From contig CAWJJA010000018.1 of the NCBI GenBank assembly GCA_963843135.1, positions 310,017-374,016 on the forward strand: a stretch of DNA of 64,000 bases, read 5' to 3'. Position numbers and translations under genes: made by a program. Positions 28,860 to 41,227 of the stretch are shown in pieces; within the stretch, counting starts at the first letter, position 1; the number at the start of each line of letters is the position of its first letter. The notes below the pieces were generated by a model that did no database searches, was not told the DNA's origin, and was given only the letters and a program-made list of their open reading frames with translations. Origin of the DNA: an uncultured Actinomycetota bacterium (GTDB taxonomy: Bacteria; Actinomycetota; Actinomycetes; Mycobacteriales; Mycobacteriaceae).

Positions 28860-30421
28860 CCTCATTCCCGTGGCTGACGGTTCTGTGGGCCGTGCCGATG
28901 GTGGGCGCAGCTGTAGTGATCCTGCTGCCCGCCTCGATGCGCGCAGCGTCGAAGTGGCTGGCGTTGGTGCTCTCGATAGTGGTGCTGGCGATCACGGTGC
29001 TGCTCGCGGTGAATTTCGATCCCAACGGGGATCAGTACCAATTCGTCGAATCGCACACGTGGATCCCGTCGTTCGGCACCGGTTACATCCTCGGGCTGGA
29101 CGGCATCGCTCTGGCGATCGTCGCGCTGACCGCGGTGCTGGTGCCCCTGCTGCTGATCGCGGGATGGAACGACGTCAGCGACGAGGCGGCATGGGGCGGA
29201 CGTTCGACACACGCCTACTTCGCGCTCACGCTGGCGGTCGAGGGCATGGTCATCATGTCGCTGACATCGCTGGACGTATTGCTGTTCTACGTGTTCTTCG
29301 AGGCGATGCTGATCCCGATGTACTTCCTCATCGGCGGCTTCGGGGGCGAGGGTCGATCCAAGGCAGCGGTGAAGTTCCTGCTGTACAACCTTTTCGGCGG
29401 TCTGGTCATGCTGGCCGCGGTGATCGGCCTTTACGTGGTGACCGCAGGCAGCGATGCCTTCGAGGGCGGCACGTTCGACTTCCGCGCGATCGTCGCCGCC
29501 GTGTCGAGCGGCGAGTTCGTCGTCAACCCGGCCGTGATGCACCTGCTCTTCCTCGGCTTCATGTTCGCGTTCGCGGTCAAGGCGCCGTTGTGGCCCTTCC
29601 ACCGCTGGCTACCCGACGCCGCCGTCGAGGCCACCCCCGCCAGTGCAGTGCTCATGATGGCGGTCATGGACAAGGTCGGCACGTTCGGCATGTTGCGGTA
29701 CTGCCTGCAGTTGTTCCCCGACTCGGCGTCGTATTTCCGGCCGATGATCATCACGCTGGCGGTCATCGGCATCGTGTACGGCGCGATCGTGGCAATCGGC
29801 CAGACCGATGTGATGCGGTTGATCGCCTACACGTCGATCTCCCACTTCGGCTTCATCATCCTCGGCATCTTCGTGATGACCAGTCAGGGCCAGTCCGGGT
29901 CGACGCTGTACATGGTCAATCACGGCCTGTCGACGGCAGCGCTGTTCCTGATCGCGGGATTCCTGGTGTCGCGCAGGGGCAGTCGCCTGATCGCGTCCTA
30001 CGGCGGTGTGCAGAAAGTCGCGCCGGTGCTTGCGGGCACGTTCCTGATTTCGGGCCTTGCGACGCTGTCACTACCCGGGCTGGCGCCGTTCATCAGCGAA
30101 TTCCTGGTGCTGATCGGCACATTCACCCGCTACCCGGTGTTCGCGGTGTTCGCCTCGACCGCGCTGGTGCTCTCCGCCGTCTACATCCTGTGGATGTATC
30201 AGCGAATGATGACCGGTCCCGTCAAGGACGGCAACGACAAGCTACGCGACCTCGTACCGCGCGAGATTCTGGTCATCGCACCGCTCATCGCGCTGCTGAT
30301 CGTGTTGGGCGTGTATCCCAAACCGGCACTGGACGTGATCAACCCGGCGGTCACGCATACGTTGACCACCATCGACCAGCCTGACCCGGTGCCCCAGTTC
30401 GCGGAAGGGCCGACGCGATGA
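28856..30421 (+). CDS. nuoM: NADH-quinone oxidoreductase subunit M
   Basis: GTG 28856 forms a GTGA overlap with nuoL. Translation shows [29 protein letters not shown]. The 28358 N-terminal extension was rejected. Confidence 0.94.
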   Translation: MTSFPWLTVLWAVPMVGAAVVILLPASMRAASKWLALVLSIVVLAITVLLAVNFDPNGDQYQFVESHTWIPSFGTGYILGLDGIALAIVALTAVLVPLLLIAGWNDVSDEAAWGGRSTHAYFALTLAVEGMVIMSLTSLDVLLFYVFFEAMLIPMYFLIGGFGGEGRSKAAVKFLLYNLFGGLVMLAAVIGLYVVTAGSDAFEGGTFDFRAIVAAVSSGEFVVNPAVMHLLFLGFMFAFAVKAPLWPFHRWLPDAAVEATPASAVLMMAVMDKVGTFGMLRYCLQLFPDSASYFRPMIITLAVIGIVYGAIVAIGQTDVMRLIAYTSISHFGFIILGIFVMTSQGQSGSTLYMVNHGLSTAALFLIAGFLVSRRGSRLIASYGGVQKVAPVLAGTFLISGLATLSLPGLAPFISEFLVLIGTFTRYPVFAVFASTALVLSAVYILWMYQRMMTGPVKDGNDKLRDLVPREILVIAPLIALLIVLGVYPKPALDVINPAVTHTLTTIDQPDPVPQFAEGPTR

Positions 30422-31995
30422 ATCTGCCCACACCCGTCGTCGAGTACGACCTGCTGTCTCCGATGCTGATCGTCTTCGGGGTCGCCATCGGCGGTGTCCT
30501 GGTCGAAGCGTTTCTGCCGCGGCAACGCAGGTACGGCGCTCAATTGGTGCTGTGCCTGGGCGGTTTGGTCGCCGCGCTGGTCGCCGTGGTGGTTCTCGCG
30601 CGCGATCTGCACGGCGCGGTCGGGCGCTCCGCGGTGATGGGCGCGGTCGTCATCGACAAGCCGGCGCTGTTCCTCCAGGCCACCATCTTGCTGGTCGGGG
30701 TGCTGGGCATCCTGCTGATCGCCGAACGGCAGATCGGGACAGAACCGAACGGAGACAACGGAGCCCGCGGGCTGGACGCGTTCACGCCACAGGCGTCCGC
30801 CATTCCCGGCGACGTCGCCGAGCAGCTCGCCACCAAGGCCGGAATCATCCAGACCGAGGTGTTCCCGCTGACGATGTTCGCCGTCGGCGGCATGCTGCTG
30901 TTCCCCGCGGCCGACGACCTGCTGACGATGTTCATCGCACTCGAGGTGCTTTCCCTGCCCCTGTATCTGCTGTGCGGGCTGGCGCGACGGCGCCGTCTGC
31001 TCTCCCAGGAAGCGGCGCTGAAATATTTTCTGCTCGGCGCCTTTTCGTCGGCGTTCTTCCTGTACGGCGGCGCAATGCTGTACGGATATGCGGGAACACT
31101 GGACCTGCGCGGGATCGCCGAAGTGGTGGCATCCGGGTCCGGTAAGACCTCACTGGCCCTGATGGGTACGGGTCTGCTGCTGGTGGGCGTGCTGTTCAAG
31201 GTCGGGGCCGTGCCCTTCCACGCGTGGATCCCCGACGTGTATCAGGGCGCTCCGACCCCTATCACCGCATTCATGGCCGCGGCCACCAAGATCGCCGCGT
31301 TCGGCGCGATGCTGCGAGTGTTCTACGTCGCCCTGCCCGAACTGCGCGACGACTGGCGCCCGGTGCTGTGGGCGATCGCGATCCTGACGATGGTCGTCGG
31401 CACGGTCACCGCGATAACGCAGACCGACGTGAAGCGCATGCTCGCGTACTCGGCGGTGGCGCACACCGGCTTCATCCTCACCGGTGTCATCGCCGAGAAC
31501 GAGGCCGGCCTGTCATCGACCCTGTTCTATCTGTTCGCCTACGGGTTCAGCACGGTGGGCGCCTTCGCCGTCGTGGGCCTGGTCCGCGATGCAGACGGCG
31601 AGGAGGACACCGCGATGGCCCGCTGGGCCGGGTTGGGCAGGCGGTATCCCGTTGTGGCGGTGGTGTTCTCACTGTTCCTGTTGGCGTTCGCGGGCATCCC
31701 GTTGACCAGCGGATTCGTCAGCAAGTTCGCCGTCTTCAAGGCCGCGGGCCAGGGTGGCGCGATACCACTGGTCATCGTCGGCGTCCTCGCCAGTGCGGTC
31801 GCCGCGTACTTCTACGTGAGGGTCATCGTGTTGATGTTCTTCACCGAGCCTCCCGAGGACGCGCCGAAGGTGGTGGTGCCAAGCATGCTGAGCACCGCCG
31901 TCGTCACGGTCACGGCGGCGATCACGTTCGCCCTCGGCGCCCTGCCACAGCCGTTGCTGGACCTGGCGAACACCGCCAACCAATTCCTGCGCTAG
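30418..31995 (+). CDS. nuoN: NADH-quinone oxidoreductase subunit N
   Basis: ATGA overlap with nuoM. Translation shows FKVGAVPFHAWIPDVYQGAPTPITAFMAAATK. The protein is 525 aa. Confidence 0.96.
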   Translation: MNLPTPVVEYDLLSPMLIVFGVAIGGVLVEAFLPRQRRYGAQLVLCLGGLVAALVAVVVLARDLHGAVGRSAVMGAVVIDKPALFLQATILLVGVLGILLIAERQIGTEPNGDNGARGLDAFTPQASAIPGDVAEQLATKAGIIQTEVFPLTMFAVGGMLLFPAADDLLTMFIALEVLSLPLYLLCGLARRRRLLSQEAALKYFLLGAFSSAFFLYGGAMLYGYAGTLDLRGIAEVVASGSGKTSLALMGTGLLLVGVLFKVGAVPFHAWIPDVYQGAPTPITAFMAAATKIAAFGAMLRVFYVALPELRDDWRPVLWAIAILTMVVGTVTAITQTDVKRMLAYSAVAHTGFILTGVIAENEAGLSSTLFYLFAYGFSTVGAFAVVGLVRDADGEEDTAMARWAGLGRRYPVVAVVFSLFLLAFAGIPLTSGFVSKFAVFKAAGQGGAIPLVIVGVLASAVAAYFYVRVIVLMFFTEPPEDAPKVVVPSMLSTAVVTVTAAITFALGALPQPLLDLANTANQFLR

Positions 31996-32008
31996 CGCGT
32001 CGGGCCCG

Positions 32009-32782
32009 ATGACCGAATCGCTCATTCTCGTCGCCGACCACGGTCCGGTGCGGGTGCTGACGCTCAACCGACCCGAAGCGCGGAATGCGTTGAGCCGCGG
32101 GCTGATCAAGGCGACCTACAACGCCCTGACCGAGGCCGACGCCGACGAATCGGTGCGGGCGGTGGTGCTCACCGGGGCCGATCCCGCGTTCTGCGCGGGT
32201 GTCGACCTCAAGGAGGCGCAACGCGACGGCAGCGAGTACTTCGCGGAGTTCCGCTCACACAGCTGCATCGAGGCGACCGGGAGGATGCGCACGCCGATCG
32301 TCGGTGCGATCAACGGGGCGGTGTTCACCGGCGGCCTCGAAATGGCGCTTGGCTGCGACTTTCTCGTCGCCTCGCAGCGGGCGGTGTTCGCCGACACCCA
32401 CGCCCGTGTCGGCATCCTGCCCGGCGGCGGTATGACCGCACGCCTCCCCCAGCTCGTCGGCCTCGCGATGGCCCGCCGGCTGTCGATGACGGGCGAGGTC
32501 GTCGACGCGGCGCGTGCCGAGCGCATCGGGCTGGTGACCGAGGTCGTCGCCCATGATCGACTGCTCGAGCGTGCGATCCAATTGGCATCGCAGATCGCCG
32601 AGGTGCCCGGCCCGACCATGCTGGGGCTCAAGGAGATCTATACGACGGGCGCTGCTGCCGTCATCGACCCGGCGTTGGCTGCCGAGGAGAGGATCGCGAA
32701 CGCGCAACTGCGCGATTTCGAGGGACTCGGCGATCGGTTCCGTGCAGTGACAGAGCGCAATAAGGGCCAGATCGAACACTGA
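32009..32782 (+). CDS. enoyl-CoA hydratase/isomerase (crotonase) family protein, 257 aa
   Basis: Translation shows VRVLTLNRPEARNAL, VVLTGADPAFCAGVDLKE and GAINGAVFTGGLEMALGCDFLVAS. Confidence 0.9.
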   Translation: MTESLILVADHGPVRVLTLNRPEARNALSRGLIKATYNALTEADADESVRAVVLTGADPAFCAGVDLKEAQRDGSEYFAEFRSHSCIEATGRMRTPIVGAINGAVFTGGLEMALGCDFLVASQRAVFADTHARVGILPGGGMTARLPQLVGLAMARRLSMTGEVVDAARAERIGLVTEVVAHDRLLERAIQLASQIAEVPGPTMLGLKEIYTTGAAAVIDPALAAEERIANAQLRDFEGLGDRFRAVTERNKGQIEH

Positions 32783-32866
32783 GGCTGGCGCGAACGTGCG
32801 GAAAATGCTTGCGGTGAACGGCGTGTCGGCTGCAGACACGCACGCTCGCGGATAAGGGGAAGAGGT

Positions 32867-33469
32867 CTATGCGACCACGCCGTGCACGACGATGGCCGTG
32901 GTCTGGTCAACCCAATCGGCCCCGACAGGGTCGTCGGGCCTCAACAACATCCTGAGCAGGGTGGCCCCGCCGATCACCTCGACGAGCCTGTTCGGATCGA
33001 TGTCGGCATGGACCTCCCCGCGTAGGACCGCGTCGGCGAGCCGGGTCCGCACCGCGGCGAACGCGTCGGTGAATCGCTCCATCACGCGGGTGTTCAGGTC
33101 GGCATCGGCGGCCATGTCGGAGATCAGGCCGGGCAGTGCAGCGCGCACCAGTGGACTGGTGAACACCGCCCTGGCCGCGTCGATCATCGCCCGGATGTCG
33201 GCGGTGATATCGCCGGGCGGCGTCTCGATGGCGGTGGGCGCCGCGGGAAAGGCCGCCTCGTGCACCAACTCGGCCTTGCTGGACCAGCGCCGGTACAACG
33301 CCGTCTTGGTGGTGCCCGCCCGCTCCGCAACCGCGGCCATCGTGATGCTCGAATATCCGTTTTCCACTAACAGTTCGGCGGTCGCGCGCAGAATGGCAGC
33401 GTCGATGCGTGGATCCCGGGGCCGCCCGGCGCCTGGGGTCTTGTCAACGACCGACGCGTCTGCTTTCAT
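32867..33469 (-). CDS. TetR-family transcriptional regulator, 200 aa
   Basis: The start is placed at M76 of the long ORF (ATG 33469). This gives MKADASVVDKTPGAGRPRDPRIDAAILRATAELLVENGYSSITMAAVAERAGTTKTALYRRW. It is divergent from the kinase gene at 33516. Confidence 0.85.
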   Translation of the reverse strand: MKADASVVDKTPGAGRPRDPRIDAAILRATAELLVENGYSSITMAAVAERAGTTKTALYRRWSSKAELVHEAAFPAAPTAIETPPGDITADIRAMIDAARAVFTSPLVRAALPGLISDMAADADLNTRVMERFTDAFAAVRTRLADAVLRGEVHADIDPNRLVEVIGGATLLRMLLRPDDPVGADWVDQTTAIVVHGVVA

Positions 33470-33491
33470 AACGCTACCGATCGTATCGTAA

Positions 33492-34648
<1,157 letters not shown>

Positions 34649-34649
<1 letters not shown>

Positions 34650-35761
34650 TGCTCGGACCCACCGACGAATTCCCGATCCACCAGCTCCCCCAACCCATCT
34701 CGTGGCCAGGGTCCTCAGACCGGAACTTCTACGACCGCTCGTATTTCAACGCCCACGACCGCACCGGCGACATCTTCCTGATCTCCGGAATCGGCTACTA
34801 CCCCAACCTCGGAGTCAAGGACGCGTTCGTCCTCGTCCGCCGCGGCGACACCCAGACCGCGGTGCATCTGAGTGACGGCATCGACTCCGACCGGCTCAAT
34901 CAGCATGTACTCGGTTATCGAGTCGAGGTGAGCGAGCCGCTGCACAAGCTTCGGATCATTCTGGAGGAGACCGAAGGCCTCGCCGTCGACATGACCTGGA
35001 ACGGCCTGTTCGACGTGATCCAGGAGCAGCGCCACATCCTGCGCGCGGGGACACGAGTGACGTTGGACGCGCAACGTTTCGCGCAGGTCGGCAGCTGGGC
35101 AGGGACGATCTCGATCGACGGGGAGGACATTCCCGTCGACCCCGACGTGTGGATCGGCAGCCGCGACCGGTCCTGGGGCATCCGGCCGATCGGCGAACCC
35201 GAACCCGCGGGCCGGCCGGCGCATCCGCCCTTCGAGGGCATGTGGTGGCTGTACGTCCCGATGGCGTTCGACGACTTCGCGATCTGCCTGATCATCCAGG
35301 AGGAGCCCAACGGATTCCGCAGCCTCAACGACGTCACGCGGATCTGGCGCGACGGGCGGGTCGAGCAGATGGGCTGGCCGCGGGTCAAGATCCACTACAC
35401 CTCGGGTACACGCATTCCGACCGGCGCGACCATCGAGGCCACCGCGACCGACGGGTCCCCCGTGCACTTCGACGTGGAGTCCAAGCTGCCGGTCCCGATC
35501 CACGTCGGCGGTGGCTACGGCGGCGACTCCGACTGGCTGCACGGCGTGTGGAAGGGCGACAAGTTCACCGAGCGGCTGACGTACGACATGACCGACCCGG
35601 CGATCGTCGGCCGGGCAGGCTTCGGCGTCATCGACCACGTCGGCCGCGCCGTGTGCACCGAGGGTGGCAAGTCCGTCGAGGGCTGGGGCCTGTTCGAGCA
35701 CGGCGCGCTGGGCCGGCACGACCCGTCGGGCTTCGCCGACTGGCTCACCGTCGCCCCCTAG
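34649..35761 (+). CDS. conserved protein of unknown function, 370 aa
   Basis: It is stop/start-coupled (TGATG) to the kinase gene. It has coding-like composition and no motif I can assign. Confidence 0.6.
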
Positions 35762-35765
35762 TGGC

Positions 35766-35814
35766 GGTTTCGGCGTGCCAAGTCTCGCTGAGCATGACGC
35801 AGCACGCCGAAACC
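35766..35814. terminator. hairpin between convergent genes (copy 2 of the repeated hairpin element)
   Basis: Arms GGTTTCGGCGTGC (35766-35778) and GCACGCCGAAACC (35802-35814) form a 13-bp perfect stem with a 23-nt loop. It lies between stop 35759-35761 (+) and stop 35840-35842 (-). Confidence 0.55.
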
Positions 35815-35839
35815 ACAGAGAGCGCGGCGGCGGTGACGG

Positions 35840-37327
35840 CTAGCCGACTGCTTCAGACCGGGCTTTCGGTGCGGACGCGATGGCCGCGCGGCCGAACACC
35901 ATCGAATCCTCGATCGACTCGAATCGCTTACCGAGCGCGTCCCGCACATAGTTGTGCGTCACCGCCCAGGGCCTGCGGACACCCGACTTCGGTAGCACAT
36001 TCTGTGCGCGCAGGACGTAGCCCGACTGAAGGTTGAACACAGGCTGCTCGGGCATACCGGCGTCCCCTAGATGCGGGTAGGCGTGTGTATAGCCACGGGA
36101 ATCCATGTAGGCCAACAGCTTCGCAACCGAGCGCGCCGTCATGTCGGCACCCAGCGTCCACGACGCATTCGAGTAACCGAAGCACCATGCAGCGTTGGGC
36201 ACATCCTCGAGTAGGTGGCGCCGGAAGGCGAACCGTTCGTTCGGTTGGATCTTCTCGCCGTCGATGCTGAGCATGACGCCACCCAGCGCCTGCAACTGGA
36301 TGCCGGTCGCAGTGATGATGACATCGACGTCGAGGTGCCTGCCGGAGCGCAGCGCAATACCGGTCGCATCGATGTGGTCGACGTGATCGGTCACCACCTC
36401 GACACCGCCCGTCGCGACCGCCTGGTAGAAATCGCCGCTGAGGATGAAGCACATCCGTTGATCCCACGGTTTGTACGGCGGCGTGAAATGGGTGTCGATG
36501 TCGTACCCCGGAGGCAGGTTCTTCTCGGCGATACTGCGCAGCAGACGCTTGCTGAACCCGGGTGCCCGTCGCGAGACCAGCCAGAGCACCGCGCCGAACA
36601 TCGACATCAGCGCACGTATGATCGCGTGAGAAGCGCTGCGTGGCAGCACCTTCCGGATAGCATTGAACGCTGGTTGTACCTTCTGCACCGACATGAGGTA
36701 CGACGGCGTGCGCTGCAGCATCGTCACCTTCGCCGCCTTCTCGGCCAGCGACGGAATCATGCTGACCGCGGTCGCGCCGCTGCCGATGACGACCAGTCGC
36801 TTACCCGTGTAGTCGAGTCCTTCCGGCCAGTGCTGCGGATGCACCACGTCGCCCGTGAAATCCTCGATGCCGGGGAAGGCCGGCGAGTACGGCTCGTCGT
36901 AGTTGTAGTAACCGCTGGCGAAGAACAGGAACCGGCCGCGGTAGGTCGTAGGCTCGCCCCCCTGCTCGGTCTGCACCGTCCAGGTGTCGGTGGCCGAATC
37001 CCAGTCGGCGGAGATCACCCGGGTGCTGAATCGGATGTGCTTGTCGATACCGTGCTTGTGCGCCGTATCCGCCATGTACTGCCAGATGTCGGCGCCGTCG
37101 GCGATCATCTCAGGGCGGGTCCACGGCTCCCACGGGAAGCTCAGCGTGAAGATGTCGCTGTCCGACCGAATACCGGGATACCGGAACAGATCCCACGTCC
37201 CCCCGAGGCGCTCACGGCGCTCGAGGATCGTGTAGGTCAGGTTGGGGTTCTGCTCGTGGATCCGGTAGGCCGCTCCGATGCCGGAGAAGCCCGCCCCGAT
37301 GATCAGCACATCGCTGTAGTCAGTCAC
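35840..37327 (-). CDS. FAD-dependent Baeyer-Villiger monooxygenase (EthA-like), 495 aa
   Basis: GTG start follows AGGAGG. The FAD motif is LIIGAGFSGIGAA, the BVMO fingerprint is FTGDVVHPQHW and the NADP motif is VVIGSGATAVS. Confidence 0.9.
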   Translation of the reverse strand: MTDYSDVLIIGAGFSGIGAAYRIHEQNPNLTYTILERRERLGGTWDLFRYPGIRSDSDIFTLSFPWEPWTRPEMIADGADIWQYMADTAHKHGIDKHIRFSTRVISADWDSATDTWTVQTEQGGEPTTYRGRFLFFASGYYNYDEPYSPAFPGIEDFTGDVVHPQHWPEGLDYTGKRLVVIGSGATAVSMIPSLAEKAAKVTMLQRTPSYLMSVQKVQPAFNAIRKVLPRSASHAIIRALMSMFGAVLWLVSRRAPGFSKRLLRSIAEKNLPPGYDIDTHFTPPYKPWDQRMCFILSGDFYQAVATGGVEVVTDHVDHIDATGIALRSGRHLDVDVIITATGIQLQALGGVMLSIDGEKIQPNERFAFRRHLLEDVPNAAWCFGYSNASWTLGADMTARSVAKLLAYMDSRGYTHAYPHLGDAGMPEQPVFNLQSGYVLRAQNVLPKSGVRRPWAVTHNYVRDALGKRFESIEDSMVFGRAAIASAPKARSEAVG

Positions 37328-37336
37328 TGCAGCCTC

Positions 37337-38819
37337 CTAGGCGGTCTTGACTGCCTCGACGGAGACACGTCCGAACACCATCGATTCCTCGATGCGGTCC
37401 AGCCGGTGATCTATCGCGTCGAGGACGTAGTTGTGCCGCACATTCCACGGCCGGTGGGTGCCCGATTTCGGCAGCACATGCCCGGCGCGCTGCACATATC
37501 CGGCGTTGATGTTCCACGCAGGCTTCTCGGGCATCGGCTTGTCGCCGAGATGCGGATACGCGTGTGTGTAGCCGTGAGAATCCATGTACGCCAGCATGTT
37601 TCGCGACAGCACGGGCGGTGAGGTCCGCGCGCAGCGTCCACGACGCGTTGATGTAGCCGACGCACCACGCCACATTCGGAACGTCTTCGAGCAGGTGCTC
37701 CTTGTAGACGAACCGATCCGCGGGCTTGACCTCCGCACCGTCGACGCTCAACGCGACACCACCCAGCGCCTGCAGTTGGATTCCGGTCGCAGTGACGATC
37801 ACATCGGCATCGAGCCGCTTGCCGGAGCGCAGCGCAACGCCGCTCGCGTCGATGTGGTCGATCTGGTCGGTCACCACCTCGACCGACCGTCGCCGATCGC
37901 TTCGTAGATGTCGTTGTCGAGCGCGACGCACAGACGCTGATCCCACGGGTTGTAGCGTGGGCTTGAAGTGCACGTCGACCGGATAGCCCTTGGGTAGAGC
38001 ACGTTTCGCGCCACTTCGCACGATCCACCGGCTGAACCGCGGCGCCGCGCGGGCGACCGCGTACACCAGCACCGTGAATATGGTGTTGTACAGCCGGACC
38101 GCGCTGTTACCTGCGCGCCTGGGCAGCACCTTCCGGATCGCCTGGACCACGGGATGGATGCGCGGCGTCGACATGATGTAGGACGGCGAACGCTGCAGCA
38201 TCGTCACGCGGCCAGCCGTCTCCGAAAGCGACGGGATCATGCTGATGGCTGTTGCGCCACTGCCGATCACAACGAGATTCTTGCCGGTGTAGTCCAGCGA
38301 CTCCGGCCAGAACTGGGGATGCACGACGTCGCCGGTGAACTCTTCGAGGCCGGGAAAGTCGGGCCGGTACGGCTCGTCGTAGTTGTAGTAGCCGCTGCCG
38401 AAGAACAGGAAGCGGCCCCGGTAGGTCTTCGGTCCGCCTTCCGACTCGGTCTGCACCGTCCAGGTATCGGTGGTCGAATCCCAGTCGGCCGAGATGACCC
38501 GCGTGCTGAAGCGGATGTGCTCGTCGATGCCGTGCTTGCGTGCGGTCTCGGTCAGATACTCCCGGATATCGCCACCGTCCGCGACGTTCTCTGGCCTCGT
38601 CCACGGCTCCCACGGGAAGCTGAGCGTGAAGATGTCGCTGTCGGAGCGGATTCCCGGATAGCGATTCAGGTCCCAAGTCCCGCCGATGCGTTCCCGCCGC
38701 TCCAGCACTGTGTAGGACAGCCCAGGGTTCTTCTCATGGATGCGGTACGCGGCGCCGATTCCAGAGATCCCCGCACCGACGATGAGTACGTCGGAGTATT
38801 CGGCCTCGTCTGAGGACAT
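37337..38819 (-). pseudogene. second EthA-like Baeyer-Villiger monooxygenase, tandem paralog, with three frame disruptions
   Basis: ATG 38819 follows AGGGAGG and gives MSSDEAEYSDVLIVGAGISGIGAA..FTGDVVHPQFW. The conserved YNPWDQRLCVALDNDIYEAIGDG segment is encoded out of frame between about 37952-37958 and about 37881-37892. The C-terminus (MLAYMDSHGYTHAYPHLGD...) is in another frame from about 37598-37602 to stop 37337-37339. Confidence 0.8.
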
Positions 38820-38859
38820 CCGCAGCCTCCCTTGGTTCGGCTGGGTACCACGATATGGC

Positions 38860-39840
38860 TCAGGAGCCGAGCGCGTCCACGATCGACGCCAATGACTCCA
38901 CCGCAATCGGTCCGGGCTGGTAGAGGCAGATTCGCTCCGCTACGCCGTCGACCCGGTCACGGATATGCGCGGCGACCTCCGCGGGGCTCCCACAGGCGGC
39001 GATGGTGTGCAGTACGTCGTCGCCGATCAGCCCGGCCATGTCATCCCAGCGCCCCTGTTTGGACAGCACGTTCAACTCGGGCTGCATGTCACCCCAGCCG
39101 TGCACATCCAGTACGGGGCGATACGCGGGTGTCGAACCGTAAAACGCCAGCAGGCGTCGGGCCGCAGTGTGGTCTTCTCCCACGGACACGATGATTTCCG
39201 GCACGACCTCGAGATCCGCGGCGTCGCGGCCCGCCGTGGCCAGCCCCTTGCGCACATTGGGCATCGTCACCTCGTGCAGGAAGCGTTTCGACCCGAACGG
39301 CATGACCAGCAGGCCGTCGGCGACCTCGGCCGTCGCCCGCGTGAGCAGCGGACCGAGCGCCCCGAGGTAGATCGGGGGCGGACCGAATGGGTTGGGGCCC
39401 GGGTTGAACGTCGGTGTCATCAGGGTGTGCCGGTAGTACTCGCCGCGGAAATCGAGGCGCTCGCCGTCGTTCCACGCGGCGAAGATGGCACGCAGCGCCC
39501 CGACCAATTCCTTCATCCGTGCGACCGGCCGATCGAACGCGGCGCCGTAGCGCTTCTCGATTTGCGCGCGCACCTGCGTGCCGAGACCGAGCGTGAAGCG
39601 CCCCTGCGCCAGCAGCTGCATGTCGTTGGCCTGATGCGCGAGCTGAACGGGGTTGCGCGGGAATGCGATTGCCACATTCGTCATCAGATCCAAACCGCCG
39701 ACGGTCGATGCGACCGTCAGCGGTGCGAACACGTCGTGCGGTCCCTCGAAGGTGAACACCCCGCTGGCACCCGCCTCGCGCAGCGCGTGCGCACGCTCGA
39801 TCGCATCCGTCGGACCGAACAACGCCGTCATGACCTTCAT
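38860..39840 (-). CDS. LLM-class F420-dependent oxidoreductase, 326 aa
   Basis: The start is placed at ATG 39840 (M175 of the 500-aa ORF). This gives MKVMTALFGPTDAIERAHALREAGASGVFTFEGPHD. The sequence pattern is luciferase-like monooxygenase throughout. Confidence 0.82.
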   Translation of the reverse strand: MKVMTALFGPTDAIERAHALREAGASGVFTFEGPHDVFAPLTVASTVGGLDLMTNVAIAFPRNPVQLAHQANDMQLLAQGRFTLGLGTQVRAQIEKRYGAAFDRPVARMKELVGALRAIFAAWNDGERLDFRGEYYRHTLMTPTFNPGPNPFGPPPIYLGALGPLLTRATAEVADGLLVMPFGSKRFLHEVTMPNVRKGLATAGRDAADLEVVPEIIVSVGEDHTAARRLLAFYGSTPAYRPVLDVHGWGDMQPELNVLSKQGRWDDMAGLIGDDVLHTIAACGSPAEVAAHIRDRVDGVAERICLYQPGPIAVESLASIVDALGS

Positions 39841-39859
39841 CGCATGAGAGCCTAAACCC

Positions 39860-41227
39860 GTGACCATCCCAGCCAATGCCGACGTCGTCGTCGTAGGAGC
39901 CGGGTTCGCAGGCCTGGCCGCCGCCCGCGAACTGGTCAAACGCGGCCGCGACGTGGTGGTACTCGAAGGACGCGACCGTGTCGGCGGCCGGTCGTCGACG
40001 GCGACCATTGCCGGCGTGCCGGTCGACCTGGGCGGAACGTTCGTGGGTCCGACCCAGGACGCGGTCGTCGCAGTGGCCGCCGAGCTGGGCTGCCAGACGG
40101 TGTCGACCCACAATCGGGGCAAGAACCTGATCCGGTGGCGAGGCAAGGTCCGCGCGTATCGCAGCACCATTCCGAAGCTGTCCATCCTCGAACTGCTCGA
40201 CGTATCCCGGATCCAGTGGAGGTTCGATCGGGTGAGTCGCCGGGTGCCGGTCGACGAGCCGTGGACGTCACCGATCGCCGAGGTCCTCGACTCCAAGACG
40301 CTCGACCAGTGGCTGCGACACCTGCATGCCAGCGCAGGGACCCGGGATCTCATGGCGATCATGGCCCGGGTGACGTGGGGTTGTGAGCCCGACGCCGTGT
40401 CGATGCTGCACGCGGTGCGCTACGTCAAAGCCGCGGGCGGACTCGGACGGATGCTCGACGTCGAGGGAGGAGCGCAGCAGGACCGCTTCCCAGGCGGCAC
40501 CCAGCAGATCGCGCTGCGGATGGCCGAGGAGCTGGCACCCAACGTGGTGCTGGATGCGGTGGTGCGCAGCGTCGAACGACGCACCAGCGACACGTTGGCC
40601 ACGCTGACCGTCACGTCGGACAAGGGCACGGTCACGGCGAAGGCCGTCATCGTCGCGATTCCACCCGAACACCGGGCCGGCATCGCGTTCCTGCCGGACC
40701 TACCGCCCGAGTACGGCAAGCTCGCCCAGCACTGGCCGCAAGGCAACCTCAGCAAGGCCTATGCCGCCTACGAGACACCGTTCTGGCGCGCCGACGGCTG
40801 CTCGGGTGAAGCGCTGTCCGACGAAGGTCCGGTCTTCATCACCTTCGACGTCAGCCCCGGCGATGACGGCCCCGGCGTCCTGCTGGGGTTCACCGACGCG
40901 CGGACATTCGACCCGCTGTCCCCCACCGACCGGCGCGACCGCGCACTGGCCGGTTTCGCGGCACTGTTCGGGGACGGCGCGCTCGAACCCATCGACTACC
41001 TCGATCACTGCTGGGGCGCAGAGGAATTCGCGCCGGGCGGGCCGACGGCAGCAGTGCCTCCCGGTTCGTGGACGACGTACGGGCCGTGGTTGCGAAAGCC
41101 TGTCGACGGTATCCATTGGGCCGGAACGGAAACCGCCGACAAGTGGACGGGCTTCCTCGACGGCGCCATCCGGTCCGGACAGCGCGCGGCCGACGAGGTG
41201 GACCGCGAGTTGGCAGCGGCATGCTGA
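39860..41227 (+). CDS. aofH: flavin-containing amine oxidase, 455 aa
   Basis: The dinucleotide motif is [36 protein letters not shown]. The C-terminal flavin-attachment region is [26 protein letters not shown]. It resembles Rv3170, which also lies beyond nuo in M. tuberculosis. Confidence 0.8.
   Translation: MTIPANADVVVVGAGFAGLAAARELVKRGRDVVVLEGRDRVGGRSSTATIAGVPVDLGGTFVGPTQDAVVAVAAELGCQTVSTHNRGKNLIRWRGKVRAYRSTIPKLSILELLDVSRIQWRFDRVSRRVPVDEPWTSPIAEVLDSKTLDQWLRHLHASAGTRDLMAIMARVTWGCEPDAVSMLHAVRYVKAAGGLGRMLDVEGGAQQDRFPGGTQQIALRMAEELAPNVVLDAVVRSVERRTSDTLATLTVTSDKGTVTAKAVIVAIPPEHRAGIAFLPDLPPEYGKLAQHWPQGNLSKAYAAYETPFWRADGCSGEALSDEGPVFITFDVSPGDDGPGVLLGFTDARTFDPLSPTDRRDRALAGFAALFGDGALEPIDYLDHCWGAEEFAPGGPTAAVPPGSWTTYGPWLRKPVDGIHWAGTETADKWTGFLDGAIRSGQRAADEVDRELAAAC

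Noticed and set aside
16466-30421. Long upstream extensions of nuoA, B, C, H, J and M in the ORF track (starts at 16466, 16495, 16986, 23794, 25696 and 28358).
   Set aside because: The extensions overlap the preceding subunit gene and translate to junk. Internal starts with ATGA, GTGA or TGATG coupling give N-termini typical of each subunit.
32821-32841. A 7-bp stem, GCGTGTC/GACACGC, between the convergent echA and TetR genes.
   Set aside because: It is too short and weak to call as a terminator with any confidence.
36215-37621. A 468-aa plus-strand ORF across both BVMO genes.
   Set aside because: It is antisense to clear FAD/NADP/BVMO motifs and has shadow-ORF composition.
38860-40362. The 500-aa version of the LLM oxidoreductase ORF.
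   Set aside because: The first 174 codons overlap the divergent aofH gene and are Ser/Thr/Arg-rich junk. The luciferase-like sequence begins at ATG 39840.
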